DNA of 64,000 nucleotides. Source: an uncultured Clostridia bacterium (GTDB lineage Bacteria > Bacillota > Clostridia > Christensenellales > Borkfalkiaceae). The notes beneath the pieces are model-generated. The model did no database searches and was not told the origin of the DNA. It saw only the letters and a program-made list of their open reading frames with translations. This document shows, piece by piece, positions 55,288-63,674 of the stretch; within the stretch, counting starts at the first letter, position 1; each line of letters starts with the position of its first letter. The translations under genes were made by a program, and so were the position numbers. The stretch lies in the NCBI GenBank assembly GCA_947624005.1, contig CANQHV010000007.1, forward strand, positions 2,059 through 66,058. The letters are read 5' to 3'.

Positions 55288-56724
55288 TCAGCTTATAATC
55301 TTTTTTATTACCGTATTGTCATCGTAACTGTGTTTTATACCCATTATCTCCTGATAATGTTCTCCGCCTTTGCCCGCGACAAGAAGAATATCCCCCTCGC
55401 CAAGCATTCTTATGGCGTATTCGGTAGCCGTATCGCGTTCGGTAACCGTAACGTAATCCACGCCCTTATCCTTTACCCCCTGCTCGATTTCGCAGATTAT
55501 ATCGTAAGGGTCTTCGTACCTCGGATTGTCCGACGTGATAATAATAAAATCGGCATATTTGGCGGCGACTTCGCCCATTATGGGGCGTTTGGTCTTATCT
55601 CTGTTCCCGCCGCACCCGAAAAGGCAATAAAGCTTACCCTTGCATAGTTTTTTCAACGCTTGCAGACTTTTTTCCAAGCCATCGGGCGTATGCGCGAAAT
55701 CCACGAAAATCTGCCCGCCGTTGTACGTCGCCGAGCGTTCAAGACGTCCCGAAACCTTTTCGAGCGAAGCAAGTCCGTTTGCTATAAACTCGGTTTTTAT
55801 TCCCGCCGCTTTTGCCGCGGCCGCCGCGCCCATCGCGTTATAAACGTTGTGGCGGGCGGGGAGTTTCAGGTTTATTTCGTATAGCTCGTCAAACAGGTTT
55901 ATCACAAACGAACTGCCGTCTATTCTTTCGTCGATATCCACCGCAAACACGTCGGCGGGGTTTTCCAAACCGTAACTTATTGCGTTATTCAGTTCGCCAT
56001 ACAGACTTTTACCGAGGTTGTCGTCGGAATTGAGAACAGCATAGCGGCATCTGCCGTTTTTGAAAAGCAACCGCTTGCTTTTGGAATATTCCTCCATACC
56101 GTTGAAAAAATCGAGGTGGTCCTGCGTACAGTTTGTAAGTATGCCAACTTCAAACGAAAGCCCGCCAATTTTGTCGTAATACAGCGCGTGGGCAGAGGCT
56201 TCCATAAATACCCATTCCACTCCCGCGGCAACCATATCCGCAAATACGCTGTGCATATACACGGGGTCGGGCGTAGTCAGCTCGGGCGCGATAAATCTGC
56301 CGCCGTACGTTATCCCCAACGTGCCTATTATCCCCGTTTTTTTGCCGGCGGCGCGGAAAATACTGTCAAGCATATAGGTTGTCGTCGTTTTGCCGTTGGT
56401 GCCCGTGACCGCTATAAGTTTAAGCTTTTTATCGGCGAAGCCGTAAAACGCGCGCGCGGCGGGCGCAATCTGCTCTCTTCCGCTTTTTACTATTATTTGC
56501 GGCAGTTTGCAGTTTAATTCCCGTTCGCATACGATTGCGGCGGCTCCGCCGTCAACTATTTCGTCTATAACGGAGTGCGTGTCGAATTTTCCGCCTTCGT
56601 AGCAAATAAACAAATCGCCCGATTTTACTTTTCTGCTATCCGTGCATACGCCGCTTATCTCGACGTCGGTCATACCGATTGTCTTTTCGTAACGTAAGTT
56701 TTTTACAATCGTTTCAAGTTTCAT
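55288..56724 (-). CDS. murE: UDP-N-acetylmuramoyl-L-alanyl-D-glutamate--2,6-diaminopimelate ligase
   Basis: 478 aa with GTNGKTTTT and the DNPR motif (SDNPRYEDP) associated with meso-DAP specificity. Confidence 0.93.
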   Translation of the reverse strand: MKLETIVKNLRYEKTIGMTDVEISGVCTDSRKVKSGDLFICYEGGKFDTHSVIDEIVDGGAAAIVCERELNCKLPQIIVKSGREQIAPAARAFYGFADKKLKLIAVTGTNGKTTTTYMLDSIFRAAGKKTGIIGTLGITYGGRFIAPELTTPDPVYMHSVFADMVAAGVEWVFMEASAHALYYDKIGGLSFEVGILTNCTQDHLDFFNGMEEYSKSKRLLFKNGRCRYAVLNSDDNLGKSLYGELNNAISYGLENPADVFAVDIDERIDGSSFVINLFDELYEINLKLPARHNVYNAMGAAAAAKAAGIKTEFIANGLASLEKVSGRLERSATYNGGQIFVDFAHTPDGLEKSLQALKKLCKGKLYCLFGCGGNRDKTKRPIMGEVAAKYADFIIITSDNPRYEDPYDIICEIEQGVKDKGVDYVTVTERDTATEYAIRMLGEGDILLVAGKGGEHYQEIMGIKHSYDDNTVIKKIIS

Positions 56725-56725
56725 T

Positions 56726-58414
56726 TCACTCGTACCTTTGAATATTTTTAATTTTTATGATATCTCTGAAAATTTCGCCCGCGACGGGCGCCGCCACGGT
56801 ACTGCCGTAATAAACGCCCTGCGGCTCGTCTACGATTACAAGGGCGAGATATTCGGGCTTATTCGCGGGGAAAAAGCCGCAAAACGACGACACGTATTTA
56901 CCTTGCGCGACGTGACCGTCCTCGTATTTTTGCGCCGTGCCCGTCTTGCCGCCGACCTTATAGCCCTCTATATACGCTTTTTTGCCGCTACCGTCCTTAA
57001 CGACGCCTTCGAGCATTTGCGCAAGCTTTTCGGAAGCTTCTTCGCTTATCGTTCTGTTTTTAACGACGGCTGGCAATTCCTCGACGGTTTTGCCGTCGGA
57101 CGACACTATCGACTTAACAAGCCTCGGAACATAATAATTACCGCCGTTTACCGCCGCGGCAATCGCGCATGCAAGCTGAACGCCCGTTACCGCGACCGTC
57201 TGCCCGAACCCGATTCTTGCAAGGTCGCAATCTCTTACCGCCGTTTCGGGAACAAGCATACCGACGGCTTCGCCGTTGAAATCAAGCCCCGTGACGTTGC
57301 CGAAACCGAAAGCGTTAAGATATTTATAAAAAGTTTCTTCGCCGAGCGAAAGCGCAATATCCGTAAAACACGGGTTACAGCTGTTGTTAAGCGCGTCGGC
57401 GAGGGTCTGATGACTGTGTTTGCCGTTGGCGTGGTCAGACCAGCACTTTATCTTCGTGCCGTCTACTATTCTCGTTCTGCTGCCGTTAAAAACATACGAA
57501 TCCGAATACGCGGACTTATTCCCCCGCAAATATTCTTCGATATTCGCCGCCGCGGTGATTACTTTGAACGTCGAACCGGGTTCGTAAATATCGCATACTA
57601 AAGTGTTGCGGGAAAGCGAGTTTAAAGTTTCGGTATCGTCGCGCGGCACCTCGTTGAGGTTGTACGACGGGTAGTTAGCCATAGCCAGAATTTCGAAATT
57701 GCGGGGATTGAGGACTATGCAGGAAACGGATTTCGCACCAGACGAGGCGTAAACGCTTTTCAGATTTTCCTCGACGGATAGCTGAATATCCATATCCACC
57801 GTAAGTTTTAAGCCGTCGCCGTCCTTTGCTTCGCTGTAAACCACCACCGAATTTTCGCGTTCGACCCCTACTATATCGGTAGAATAGCTTATTTCGCCGT
57901 TTTTGCCCTCTAAAACGTTGTTGTAATATTTTTCTATGCCCGAAAGCCCCAGCCCGTCGTTCGAAGTAAAGCCGAGAACCTGACAAAGCGCGTCGTCGTA
58001 TGCGTAACTTCGGGTATTGTCGCGGGAATAATACACGCCAGAAAGGTTATGCGCAGCAAGGCTTTCAACGCTTTCTTTTGCCGTTTGGCGGGCAACCGTT
58101 ATTTCCGAAACCTTGCCGTTTTTTATTTTTTCAAGCAGAGAATCGGCGTCCACGCCGAACAGATTGGAAAGCGTACTTGCCGTAAGTTCGGCGTTTCCGA
58201 CCGCATTCGGGCGCAGAAACACGCTGTATGTATTTTTATTGCCCGCAATAAGCTTGCCGTTTCGGTCGAAAATTTCGCCGCGCGCGGCGACGACGGGTAT
58301 TTCGCGGTTCCACTGGTCGCTTGCAAGGCGCGTAAGTTTTTTGCTCCAAACAACCTGAACGTAAAACAGCCTTGCGATTATCAGACAAAAAATAAAGGTT
58401 ATTGCCAATCCCAT
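56726..58414 (-). CDS. class B penicillin-binding protein (FtsI/PBP2B/SpoVD type)
   Basis: N-terminal TM helix, dimerisation domain, and transpeptidase motifs STFK and KTGTA. ATG at 58414 is 9 nt after AAGAGG. No PASTA domains are evident. Confidence 0.9.
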   Translation of the reverse strand: MGLAITFIFCLIIARLFYVQVVWSKKLTRLASDQWNREIPVVAARGEIFDRNGKLIAGNKNTYSVFLRPNAVGNAELTASTLSNLFGVDADSLLEKIKNGKVSEITVARQTAKESVESLAAHNLSGVYYSRDNTRSYAYDDALCQVLGFTSNDGLGLSGIEKYYNNVLEGKNGEISYSTDIVGVERENSVVVYSEAKDGDGLKLTVDMDIQLSVEENLKSVYASSGAKSVSCIVLNPRNFEILAMANYPSYNLNEVPRDDTETLNSLSRNTLVCDIYEPGSTFKVITAAANIEEYLRGNKSAYSDSYVFNGSRTRIVDGTKIKCWSDHANGKHSHQTLADALNNSCNPCFTDIALSLGEETFYKYLNAFGFGNVTGLDFNGEAVGMLVPETAVRDCDLARIGFGQTVAVTGVQLACAIAAAVNGGNYYVPRLVKSIVSSDGKTVEELPAVVKNRTISEEASEKLAQMLEGVVKDGSGKKAYIEGYKVGGKTGTAQKYEDGHVAQGKYVSSFCGFFPANKPEYLALVIVDEPQGVYYGSTVAAPVAGEIFRDIIKIKNIQRYE

Positions 58415-58484
58415 TGACAATAACCTCTTTTGTAAAACCGTTAAGGAAAAACCCGATTTATTGATTTTTTTTATATTAGACTCC

Positions 58485-59198
58485 TTATATTCTGGGAACC
58501 ATACCGCTTACATACTGCTGTACGATTTCAGCTTCGCGCTCGATATAGTCGCTTATCTGATTGTTTACGTTGTTTGCCGCGGTTTTTACGTCCGACAACG
58601 TCGATTGAAGAGAGTTTAAATCGCCGTTAAGACCGGAAATAATCGTGGAGTTGATTATAATAAGCGCGAGAAGCGCCAATACAACGCCGACTACCACTGC
58701 TATGACTATTTTCTCCTTTTTGGACAAACCAGAACGCTTTTCCGCGCTCGTGTTTTCGATTTTACCCTCTTCAACTGATGTTTTCAGACCTGCGGTCCTA
58801 TATTGAATCGTGGTAGGAGTAGGACGAAGGTCCTCGTTTTCCTCCTCCTCGTCTTCAATCTGAGAAATTTGCGCCGTTTCGGCTTTCATATTTATCGGGC
58901 TGTCAGCGCGGAAAATATCCGCGTCGGCGCGCGCCCCCTGCACAAGGTAGGGCTGTACGGGCGCAACCTCGGGCTGCGCTACGGGTGCAACTACCGCGAC
59001 AGGTTCTTGTACGGTTTCCTGCATTTTTTCGGCACGGAAATCGTTTAAATCCGCTTCGGGGTCCATTAATTTTGCATATATCTGCTTTATCCTTGCGTTA
59101 TGTATCTGATCGCTTGTCATCTGCGGCGTGAAGTAAGATTGCTGTTGCTCTTCTTCCGCTGCGACTTTTCTTTCAAGAACCGGCGCTGCTACTGACAT
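58485..59198 (-). CDS. FtsL-position bitopic membrane protein with a long cytoplasmic N-terminal region
   Basis: Lies between rsmH and the class B PBP. It has a single TM helix (IVIAVVVGVVLALLALIIIN) followed by a ~60-aa coiled-coil-like ectodomain. Start at MSVAAPV (59198) follows AAGGAGA. Confidence 0.5.
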   Translation of the reverse strand: MSVAAPVLERKVAAEEEQQQSYFTPQMTSDQIHNARIKQIYAKLMDPEADLNDFRAEKMQETVQEPVAVVAPVAQPEVAPVQPYLVQGARADADIFRADSPINMKAETAQISQIEDEEEENEDLRPTPTTIQYRTAGLKTSVEEGKIENTSAEKRSGLSKKEKIVIAVVVGVVLALLALIIINSTIISGLNGDLNSLQSTLSDVKTAANNVNNQISDYIEREAEIVQQYVSGMVPRI

Positions 59199-59217
59199 AC
59201 ATTTCTCCTTATGCAAA

Positions 59218-60159
59218 TTAGATAATTTTTTCCGCTATTCTGAGTTTTGCACACTTCGAACGCGAGTTTATTGTCATTTCTTTCAAGCTTGCCACGATAG
59301 GCTTCTTTGTAAGAATTTCAATCTCTTTTTTCTTACCGCAAACGCAAACGGGCAAACTTTTGTCGCATATGCAGTCGCATTCAAGCATTCTGAACGCGTT
59401 TTTAACTATTCTGTCTTCAAGCGAATGGAAAGTTAAAATCACTATCCTGCCGCCCTTTTTAAGTTTGCGCGTTAATCCCGTTATGCAATCGTACAACCCG
59501 TCCAACTCTCCGTTTACCGCGATTCTTATCGCCTGAAAGCTTTTTCTTGCGGCGGGTCCGTTGCTTTGAAACTTTTTGGGAATACTGTTTTCGATTATAT
59601 CTACAAACTCGCCGCATGTGGTTATACGCGCTTTTCCGCGCGATTTAACCAGATTTGCGGCAATTTCGGAGGCGAATTTTTCTTCCCCGTACTCTTTGAG
59701 TATTTTCGCTATTCTTTCACGGGGAAATTCGTTTAAAATTATCTCTGCCGTAAGCGGATTGTTCTTGTCCATCCGCATATCGAGAGGCGCCGACGGTTTC
59801 ATATACGAAAACCCGCGCTCTTCGTTGTCGATCTGGTAGCTCGAAACACCGAAATCAAGTATCGCGCCGTCAAGGCTTTCGCAATTTTCGCTTTTCAGCA
59901 CATTCCCGAAATTCTTGTAATCCGATTTATATATGGCGAATCTGCCCTCGAACTCCGCAAGCGTCTTTTTTGCCGCCGCTATCGCGTCGTCGTCAAGGTC
60001 GGTTGCGATGAGCCTGCCCGTAGGAGCCGTTCTTTTAAGTATTTCGTACGAGTGTCCGCCGCCGCCTACCGTTCCGTCGAAATATGTTCCGCCGTCTTTC
60101 AGGTTTAAGCCCTGCATACACTCTTCGAGCATTACGGGAATATGAGCAAATTCTTTCAT
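59218..60159 (-). CDS. rsmH: 16S rRNA (cytosine1402-N4)-methyltransferase
   Basis: 313 aa with HIPVMLEE, DGTVGGGGHS and the DLGVSS-like DFGVSSYQ. Confidence 0.96.
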   Translation of the reverse strand: MKEFAHIPVMLEECMQGLNLKDGGTYFDGTVGGGGHSYEILKRTAPTGRLIATDLDDDAIAAAKKTLAEFEGRFAIYKSDYKNFGNVLKSENCESLDGAILDFGVSSYQIDNEERGFSYMKPSAPLDMRMDKNNPLTAEIILNEFPRERIAKILKEYGEEKFASEIAANLVKSRGKARITTCGEFVDIIENSIPKKFQSNGPAARKSFQAIRIAVNGELDGLYDCITGLTRKLKKGGRIVILTFHSLEDRIVKNAFRMLECDCICDKSLPVCVCGKKKEIEILTKKPIVASLKEMTINSRSKCAKLRIAEKII

Positions 60160-60587
60160 TATATGTCAAGCGTGGAGAAATTGAAGTCGAAATCTTCGTT
60201 TTCGAAGTACTTGTCGTAAACTTCTTTCGCCCAGATTTCGATACGCTCGCCCGTACCTAATATTTTAATATCCTTTTTGATATGGGCGTAATCCCTCAAT
60301 ACGGGCGAAAGCACCGTTCTGCCTTGCGCGTCCTCTTCTATCGGTTCGATGGACTTTGTAAACGAACGCAGACCCTTTTGCCTTTCCGAATCGCCCATTT
60401 TGATTGCTTTGATTTTTTCTATCTTGTCCTCCACCGTCGATTGCGGTAAAACGAAAAGACACCCGTCGGTGCCCTTGGAGATAAATAATTTCTCTCCCGA
60501 TGGAACCGCGTCTTTCAACTTGCGGGGAATCCTTATTCTGTTTTTATCGTCGAGCTGGTGATTGTATTCGCCCGTCAGAAAAAACAT
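60159..60587 (-). CDS. mraZ: transcriptional regulator MraZ
   Basis: 142 aa, MFFLTGEYNHQLDDKNRIRIP, with duplicated SpoVT/AbrB-like halves (DxxxR motifs). Confidence 0.95.
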   Translation of the reverse strand: MFFLTGEYNHQLDDKNRIRIPRKLKDAVPSGEKLFISKGTDGCLFVLPQSTVEDKIEKIKAIKMGDSERQKGLRSFTKSIEPIEEDAQGRTVLSPVLRDYAHIKKDIKILGTGERIEIWAKEVYDKYFENEDFDFNFSTLDI

Positions 60588-60617
60588 ATTTTTTACCTTC
60601 GTCAGTGTTGTAAATAT

Positions 60618-60653
60618 ACTATATCACACAGTTTGACCACTGTCAACCACTTT
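60618..60653 (-). promoter_or_regulatory. Pmra promoter with overlapping MraZ-box direct repeats
   Basis: The minus strand reads AAAGTGGTTGACAGTGGTCAAACTGTGTGATATAGT. TTGACA (rc of 60641..60646), 17-nt spacer, TATAGT (rc of 60618..60623). GTGG/GTGG/TGTG cores recur with a 10-nt period (60647..60650, 60637..60640, 60627..60630). Confidence 0.65.
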
Positions 60654-60695
60654 TTGAAAAATTTTTAAAAAATTTGCTAAAAATGTTCTTTTACG

Positions 60696-61472
60696 CTATC
60701 GTTTAAGCGCGAAGTAATTGGCGCCTTCCTTTATCAAAAACTTTAAAATAGTGCGATTTTTGACCGTATTACCGCCGAAAAAGCTAATTTTTCGGCAAGT
60801 GGTCGCGCAGTGGCTCTCAATCCCAAAAATTTTGGCAACGTGGTTAGCCGTCCCTATTATTCCGTCGAAAATTTTGCACCCGTAACGTTTCTTTATGAAA
60901 TTTTTTACGTATGCGTAGTGCGTACAACCGAGTACCACCTCGTCCGCTTTCACGTTCGGCAAAAGGTCGGAAACGGCTTTTTCGTCCAGAGAAAATATAT
61001 TGTTTTCTATATAAGCCGCAAGCTCGCGGCATTGAAACACGCGCGTTCTGTCGCGGCCGAAACGCTTTACAAGCTCTTCCACCGCGCCGCTTTCCGCGGT
61101 CGCTTTCGTGGCGAGGACAATACATTCACCCTCTGCCGCGGCAGGCTTTACTGCGGGTTGGATACCTATTATTTTAAAGGGATATCTTTCGCGCAGACGG
61201 TCGATACAAAGCGCGGTTACGGTGTTGCACGCCACCACCGCCGCCGCGGGCGATAGCCTTTGCATTTTGTTGAAAACGCCGCAGGTCAAGCCGAACAATT
61301 CGTCTTGTGTCATATTGCCGTAGGGCACGCGGTAATTGTCGGCAAAATACGCAAAATTTTCGTGCGGTAATCTGCGCATACATTCATATAACAAATTCAG
61401 ACCGCCTATGCCGCTGTCGAAAACGCATATGGGCGGTTTTGCGCACGCCTCGCACACCATACGGTATATCAT
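60696..61472 (-). CDS. murI: glutamate racemase
   Basis: 258 aa with VFDSGIGGL and the catalytic Cys motifs VACNT and LGCTHY. Confidence 0.92.
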   Translation of the reverse strand: MIYRMVCEACAKPPICVFDSGIGGLNLLYECMRRLPHENFAYFADNYRVPYGNMTQDELFGLTCGVFNKMQRLSPAAAVVACNTVTALCIDRLRERYPFKIIGIQPAVKPAAAEGECIVLATKATAESGAVEELVKRFGRDRTRVFQCRELAAYIENNIFSLDEKAVSDLLPNVKADEVVLGCTHYAYVKNFIKKRYGCKIFDGIIGTANHVAKIFGIESHCATTCRKISFFGGNTVKNRTILKFLIKEGANYFALKR

Positions 61473-61604
61473 ATTACGTTTGCCAAAAATATATTAAAAA
61501 ATTTGGCAAATAGCCTAAAAACAGTTTACAAAAAGGCTTTTTTATGATAAAATTACACAAGAATTTAAGCGATTAAGTCAATAAGGTATTTAAGGAGATT
61601 TCAA

Positions 61605-61868
61605 ATGCCCAATATAAAGTCAGCTAAAAAGCGCGTACTCGTAATCGACAAAAAAACCGAAATCAATAAGGCTGTAAAGTCCGAAATGAAAACCGAGATA
61701 AAGAAGTTTCTCGCGGTTGTCGAAAGCGGCGACAAGACTGCGGCACAAGCTATGTTCCCCACCACCTGCTCTGTAATCGACAGCGCCGCTTCGAAGGGCG
61801 TTATCAAAAAGAACACGGCGGCAAACAAGAAGTCGGGACTTGCCAAAAAACTTAACGCAATGGCGTAA
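61605..61868 (+). CDS. rpsT: 30S ribosomal protein S20
   Basis: 87 aa starting MPNIKSAKKRV. Basic and alpha-helical. AAGGAG RBS. Confidence 0.95.
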   Translation: MPNIKSAKKRVLVIDKKTEINKAVKSEMKTEIKKFLAVVESGDKTAAQAMFPTTCSVIDSAASKGVIKKNTAANKKSGLAKKLNAMA

Positions 61869-61888
61869 GTTTTGTTATAGCGTAATTT

Positions 61889-61921
61889 AAGGGAGTTGCA
61901 AACGCAACTCCCTTTGTTCTT
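61889..61921 (+). terminator. intrinsic terminator of rpsT
   Basis: aagggagttgc (61889..61899) pairs with gcaactccctt (61904..61914), followed by tgttcttt. Confidence 0.8.
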
Positions 61922-61940
61922 TACATTGAACCGCATACAG

Positions 61941-61991
61941 ATAAAAAATAATCCGAACCGCGCGCAATAAAGCCGTTAGGTTCGGATTATT
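61941..61991 (-). terminator. terminator downstream of tRNA-Arg
   Basis: aataatccgaacc (61947..61959) pairs with ggttcggattatt (61979..61991). On the minus strand it is followed by UUUUUUAU. Confidence 0.65.
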
Positions 61992-61996
61992 CCGTT

Positions 61997-62071
61997 TGGT
62001 ACTCCCGCCGGGAATTGAACCCGAAACTGCCCCTTAGGAGGGGGCTGTTATATCCGTTTAACTACGGAAGC
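61997..62071 (-). tRNA. tRNA-Arg (anticodon CCU)
   Basis: Hand-folded cloverleaf on the minus strand: GCTTCCG TA GTTA AACGGATA TAAC A GCCCC CTCCTAA GGGGC AGTT TCGGG TTCAATT CCCGG CGGGAGT A CCA. That is 75 nt with an encoded CCA, an A in the D-loop, and a G1.U72 wobble. Confidence 0.85.
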
Positions 62072-62095
62072 CCGATAATTTCAAATTACTTTGAT

Positions 62096-62124
62096 ATAAT
62101 ACACCAATAAGTTGAAAATTGCAA
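62096..62124 (-). promoter_or_regulatory. sigma-A type promoter of the tRNA-Arg gene
   Basis: On the minus strand: TTGCAA (62119..62124), 17-nt spacer, TATTAT (rc of 62096..62101), about 25 nt upstream of the tRNA 5' end. Confidence 0.55.
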
Positions 62125-62164
62125 TTAAATTTCGCGCCGCGCACAAAACATACGGGCGCAAAAT

Positions 62165-62497
62165 TCAATTTTTATCTTTTATTATATTATAGGTAATATG
62201 GTACGCGATAAAAAACACGAGGCTTAAAACAACCGAAATAAGGCACGCGAAAGCCACCCATTCGGGTTCGCCCGAAATGCACGAAATAAGTACGAATACT
62301 ACGATATTGCTTAAAAACGCGCCGCTCCACGACAAAAACCAATACAGCGGTTTTCTGGTGCCGCGCCACTTCGCCACCTCCATTTCGATTCGCTTCTTTT
62401 TAATCCATACGACGTACAAATCGAAAATTATTATCGCGTCGATTACGATAAGGCAACCGAGTGAAACAAGAAATATCATTAAAGTTTCGCTATCCAT
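62165..62497 (-). CDS. hypothetical small membrane protein (3 predicted TM segments)
   Basis: 110-aa ORF with hydrophobic stretches IFLVSLGCLIVIDAIIIFDLYVV, LSNIVVFVLISCI and AFACLISVVLSLVFFIAY. It lies 19 nt downstream of the flavodiiron gene. No family recognised. Confidence 0.45.
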   Translation of the reverse strand: MDSETLMIFLVSLGCLIVIDAIIIFDLYVVWIKKKRIEMEVAKWRGTRKPLYWFLSWSGAFLSNIVVFVLISCISGEPEWVAFACLISVVLSLVFFIAYHITYNIIKDKN

Positions 62498-62516
62498 AGT
62501 TTAACACCCTTTTGTT

Positions 62517-63665
62517 TCATTTGCTCATTTCGTCGGCAAGGACTTTAAGCGCGGCAAGGCTTTCGTCGTTTAAAGCTGAACGGATTTTAACGTCCGTTTC
62601 GGCAAAAGTTATGTTTTTGCATTTTTCGAATTTCGCGCGGATTAATTTCGCCGCCACGGGCGCCCAAGTTCCGTTTTCGATTATTCCGATTTTGCGGTTT
62701 TTGTAGTTACGTTCGACAAGGCAGTCGATAAATTCGCGCATCGCGGGGAAAATTTCGCCGTTATAAGTCGTAGTCGCAAGCGCAAGCTTTGAAAGCTGGA
62801 ACGCCGAAGCAACGCACTGCGACCAATCCGAACGCGCCAAATCGCAGATAGAAACGGTTACGTTGCGGTCTTTAAGCTCTTCGTAGAGTTTTTCCGCCGC
62901 CGCCTTCGTATGACCGTAAACGGAAGTATACGCGATTAAAACGCCGTCAACTTCGGGCGTATAGCTCGACCACAGATTGTATTTTTCTATATAATAGCCT
63001 AAATTCTCGCGCAAAACGGGTCCGTGCAGAGGGAAAATCGCACGGATTTCGTATGCAGAAAGCTTTTTCAAAAGCCCCTGAACCTGCAAGCCGTATTTGC
63101 CGACGATACCGAAGTAATATCTTCTCGCCTCGCTATCCCACTTGTCTTCGACGTCGAGCGTGCCGAACTTTCCGAAAGCGTCCGCCGAGAAAAGAACTTT
63201 GTCCGTTTCGTCGTAGGTAACCATAACTTCGGGCCAATGGACCATAGGCGCGAAAACGAATTTAAGTTTCGTTTTGCCGAGCGAAAGTTCTTCGCCGTCG
63301 GTAACGACAAGTCTGCGCCCCTCGAACGCCGTACCGAAATATTCCGAAAGCATAACGAAGGTTTTGTCGTTTCCGACAAGCGTCGCATCGGGATACTTTT
63401 CCGCAAACGCGAAAATACTTGCCGAATGGTCGGGCTCCATATGGTTGATTATAAGATACGCGGGCTTTTTGTCGCCGAGCACGGCGGCAATGTTTTTAAG
63501 CCAGACGTCGGCAAAGCCGCCGTCCACACCGTCCGTGACCGCGCTTTTTTCGTCAATTATCACGTAAGAATTGTAGCTTACACCCTCGGGCACGACATAC
63601 ATTCCCTCGAAAAGGTCAATATCCCTGTCGTTTACTCCCACATAGCGTATATTTTCGAAAGTCAT
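62517..63665 (-). CDS. flavodiiron protein (FprA-type; metallo-beta-lactamase-like diiron domain + flavodoxin domain)
   Basis: 382 aa with the diiron ligand motif HMEPDHS and a C-terminal flavodoxin-like domain (IAYTSVYGHTK..). Confidence 0.88.
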   Translation of the reverse strand: MTFENIRYVGVNDRDIDLFEGMYVVPEGVSYNSYVIIDEKSAVTDGVDGGFADVWLKNIAAVLGDKKPAYLIINHMEPDHSASIFAFAEKYPDATLVGNDKTFVMLSEYFGTAFEGRRLVVTDGEELSLGKTKLKFVFAPMVHWPEVMVTYDETDKVLFSADAFGKFGTLDVEDKWDSEARRYYFGIVGKYGLQVQGLLKKLSAYEIRAIFPLHGPVLRENLGYYIEKYNLWSSYTPEVDGVLIAYTSVYGHTKAAAEKLYEELKDRNVTVSICDLARSDWSQCVASAFQLSKLALATTTYNGEIFPAMREFIDCLVERNYKNRKIGIIENGTWAPVAAKLIRAKFEKCKNITFAETDVKIRSALNDESLAALKVLADEMSK

Positions 63666-63674
63666 ATATTACCT

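Noticed and set aside
61601-61936. 111-aa minus-strand ORF overlapping rpsT.
   Set aside because: It is antisense to the unmistakable S20 gene, has a hydrophobic low-information translation, and its 5' end lies within the rpsT terminator hairpin.
62001-62071. G1.U72 wobble at the top of the tRNA-Arg acceptor stem, as a possible pseudo-tRNA signal.
   Set aside because: All four stems, the T-loop TTCAATT, the D-loop GG and A20, and the encoded CCA are intact. The gene also has its own promoter and terminator. A single G.U pair is compatible with a functional tRNA.
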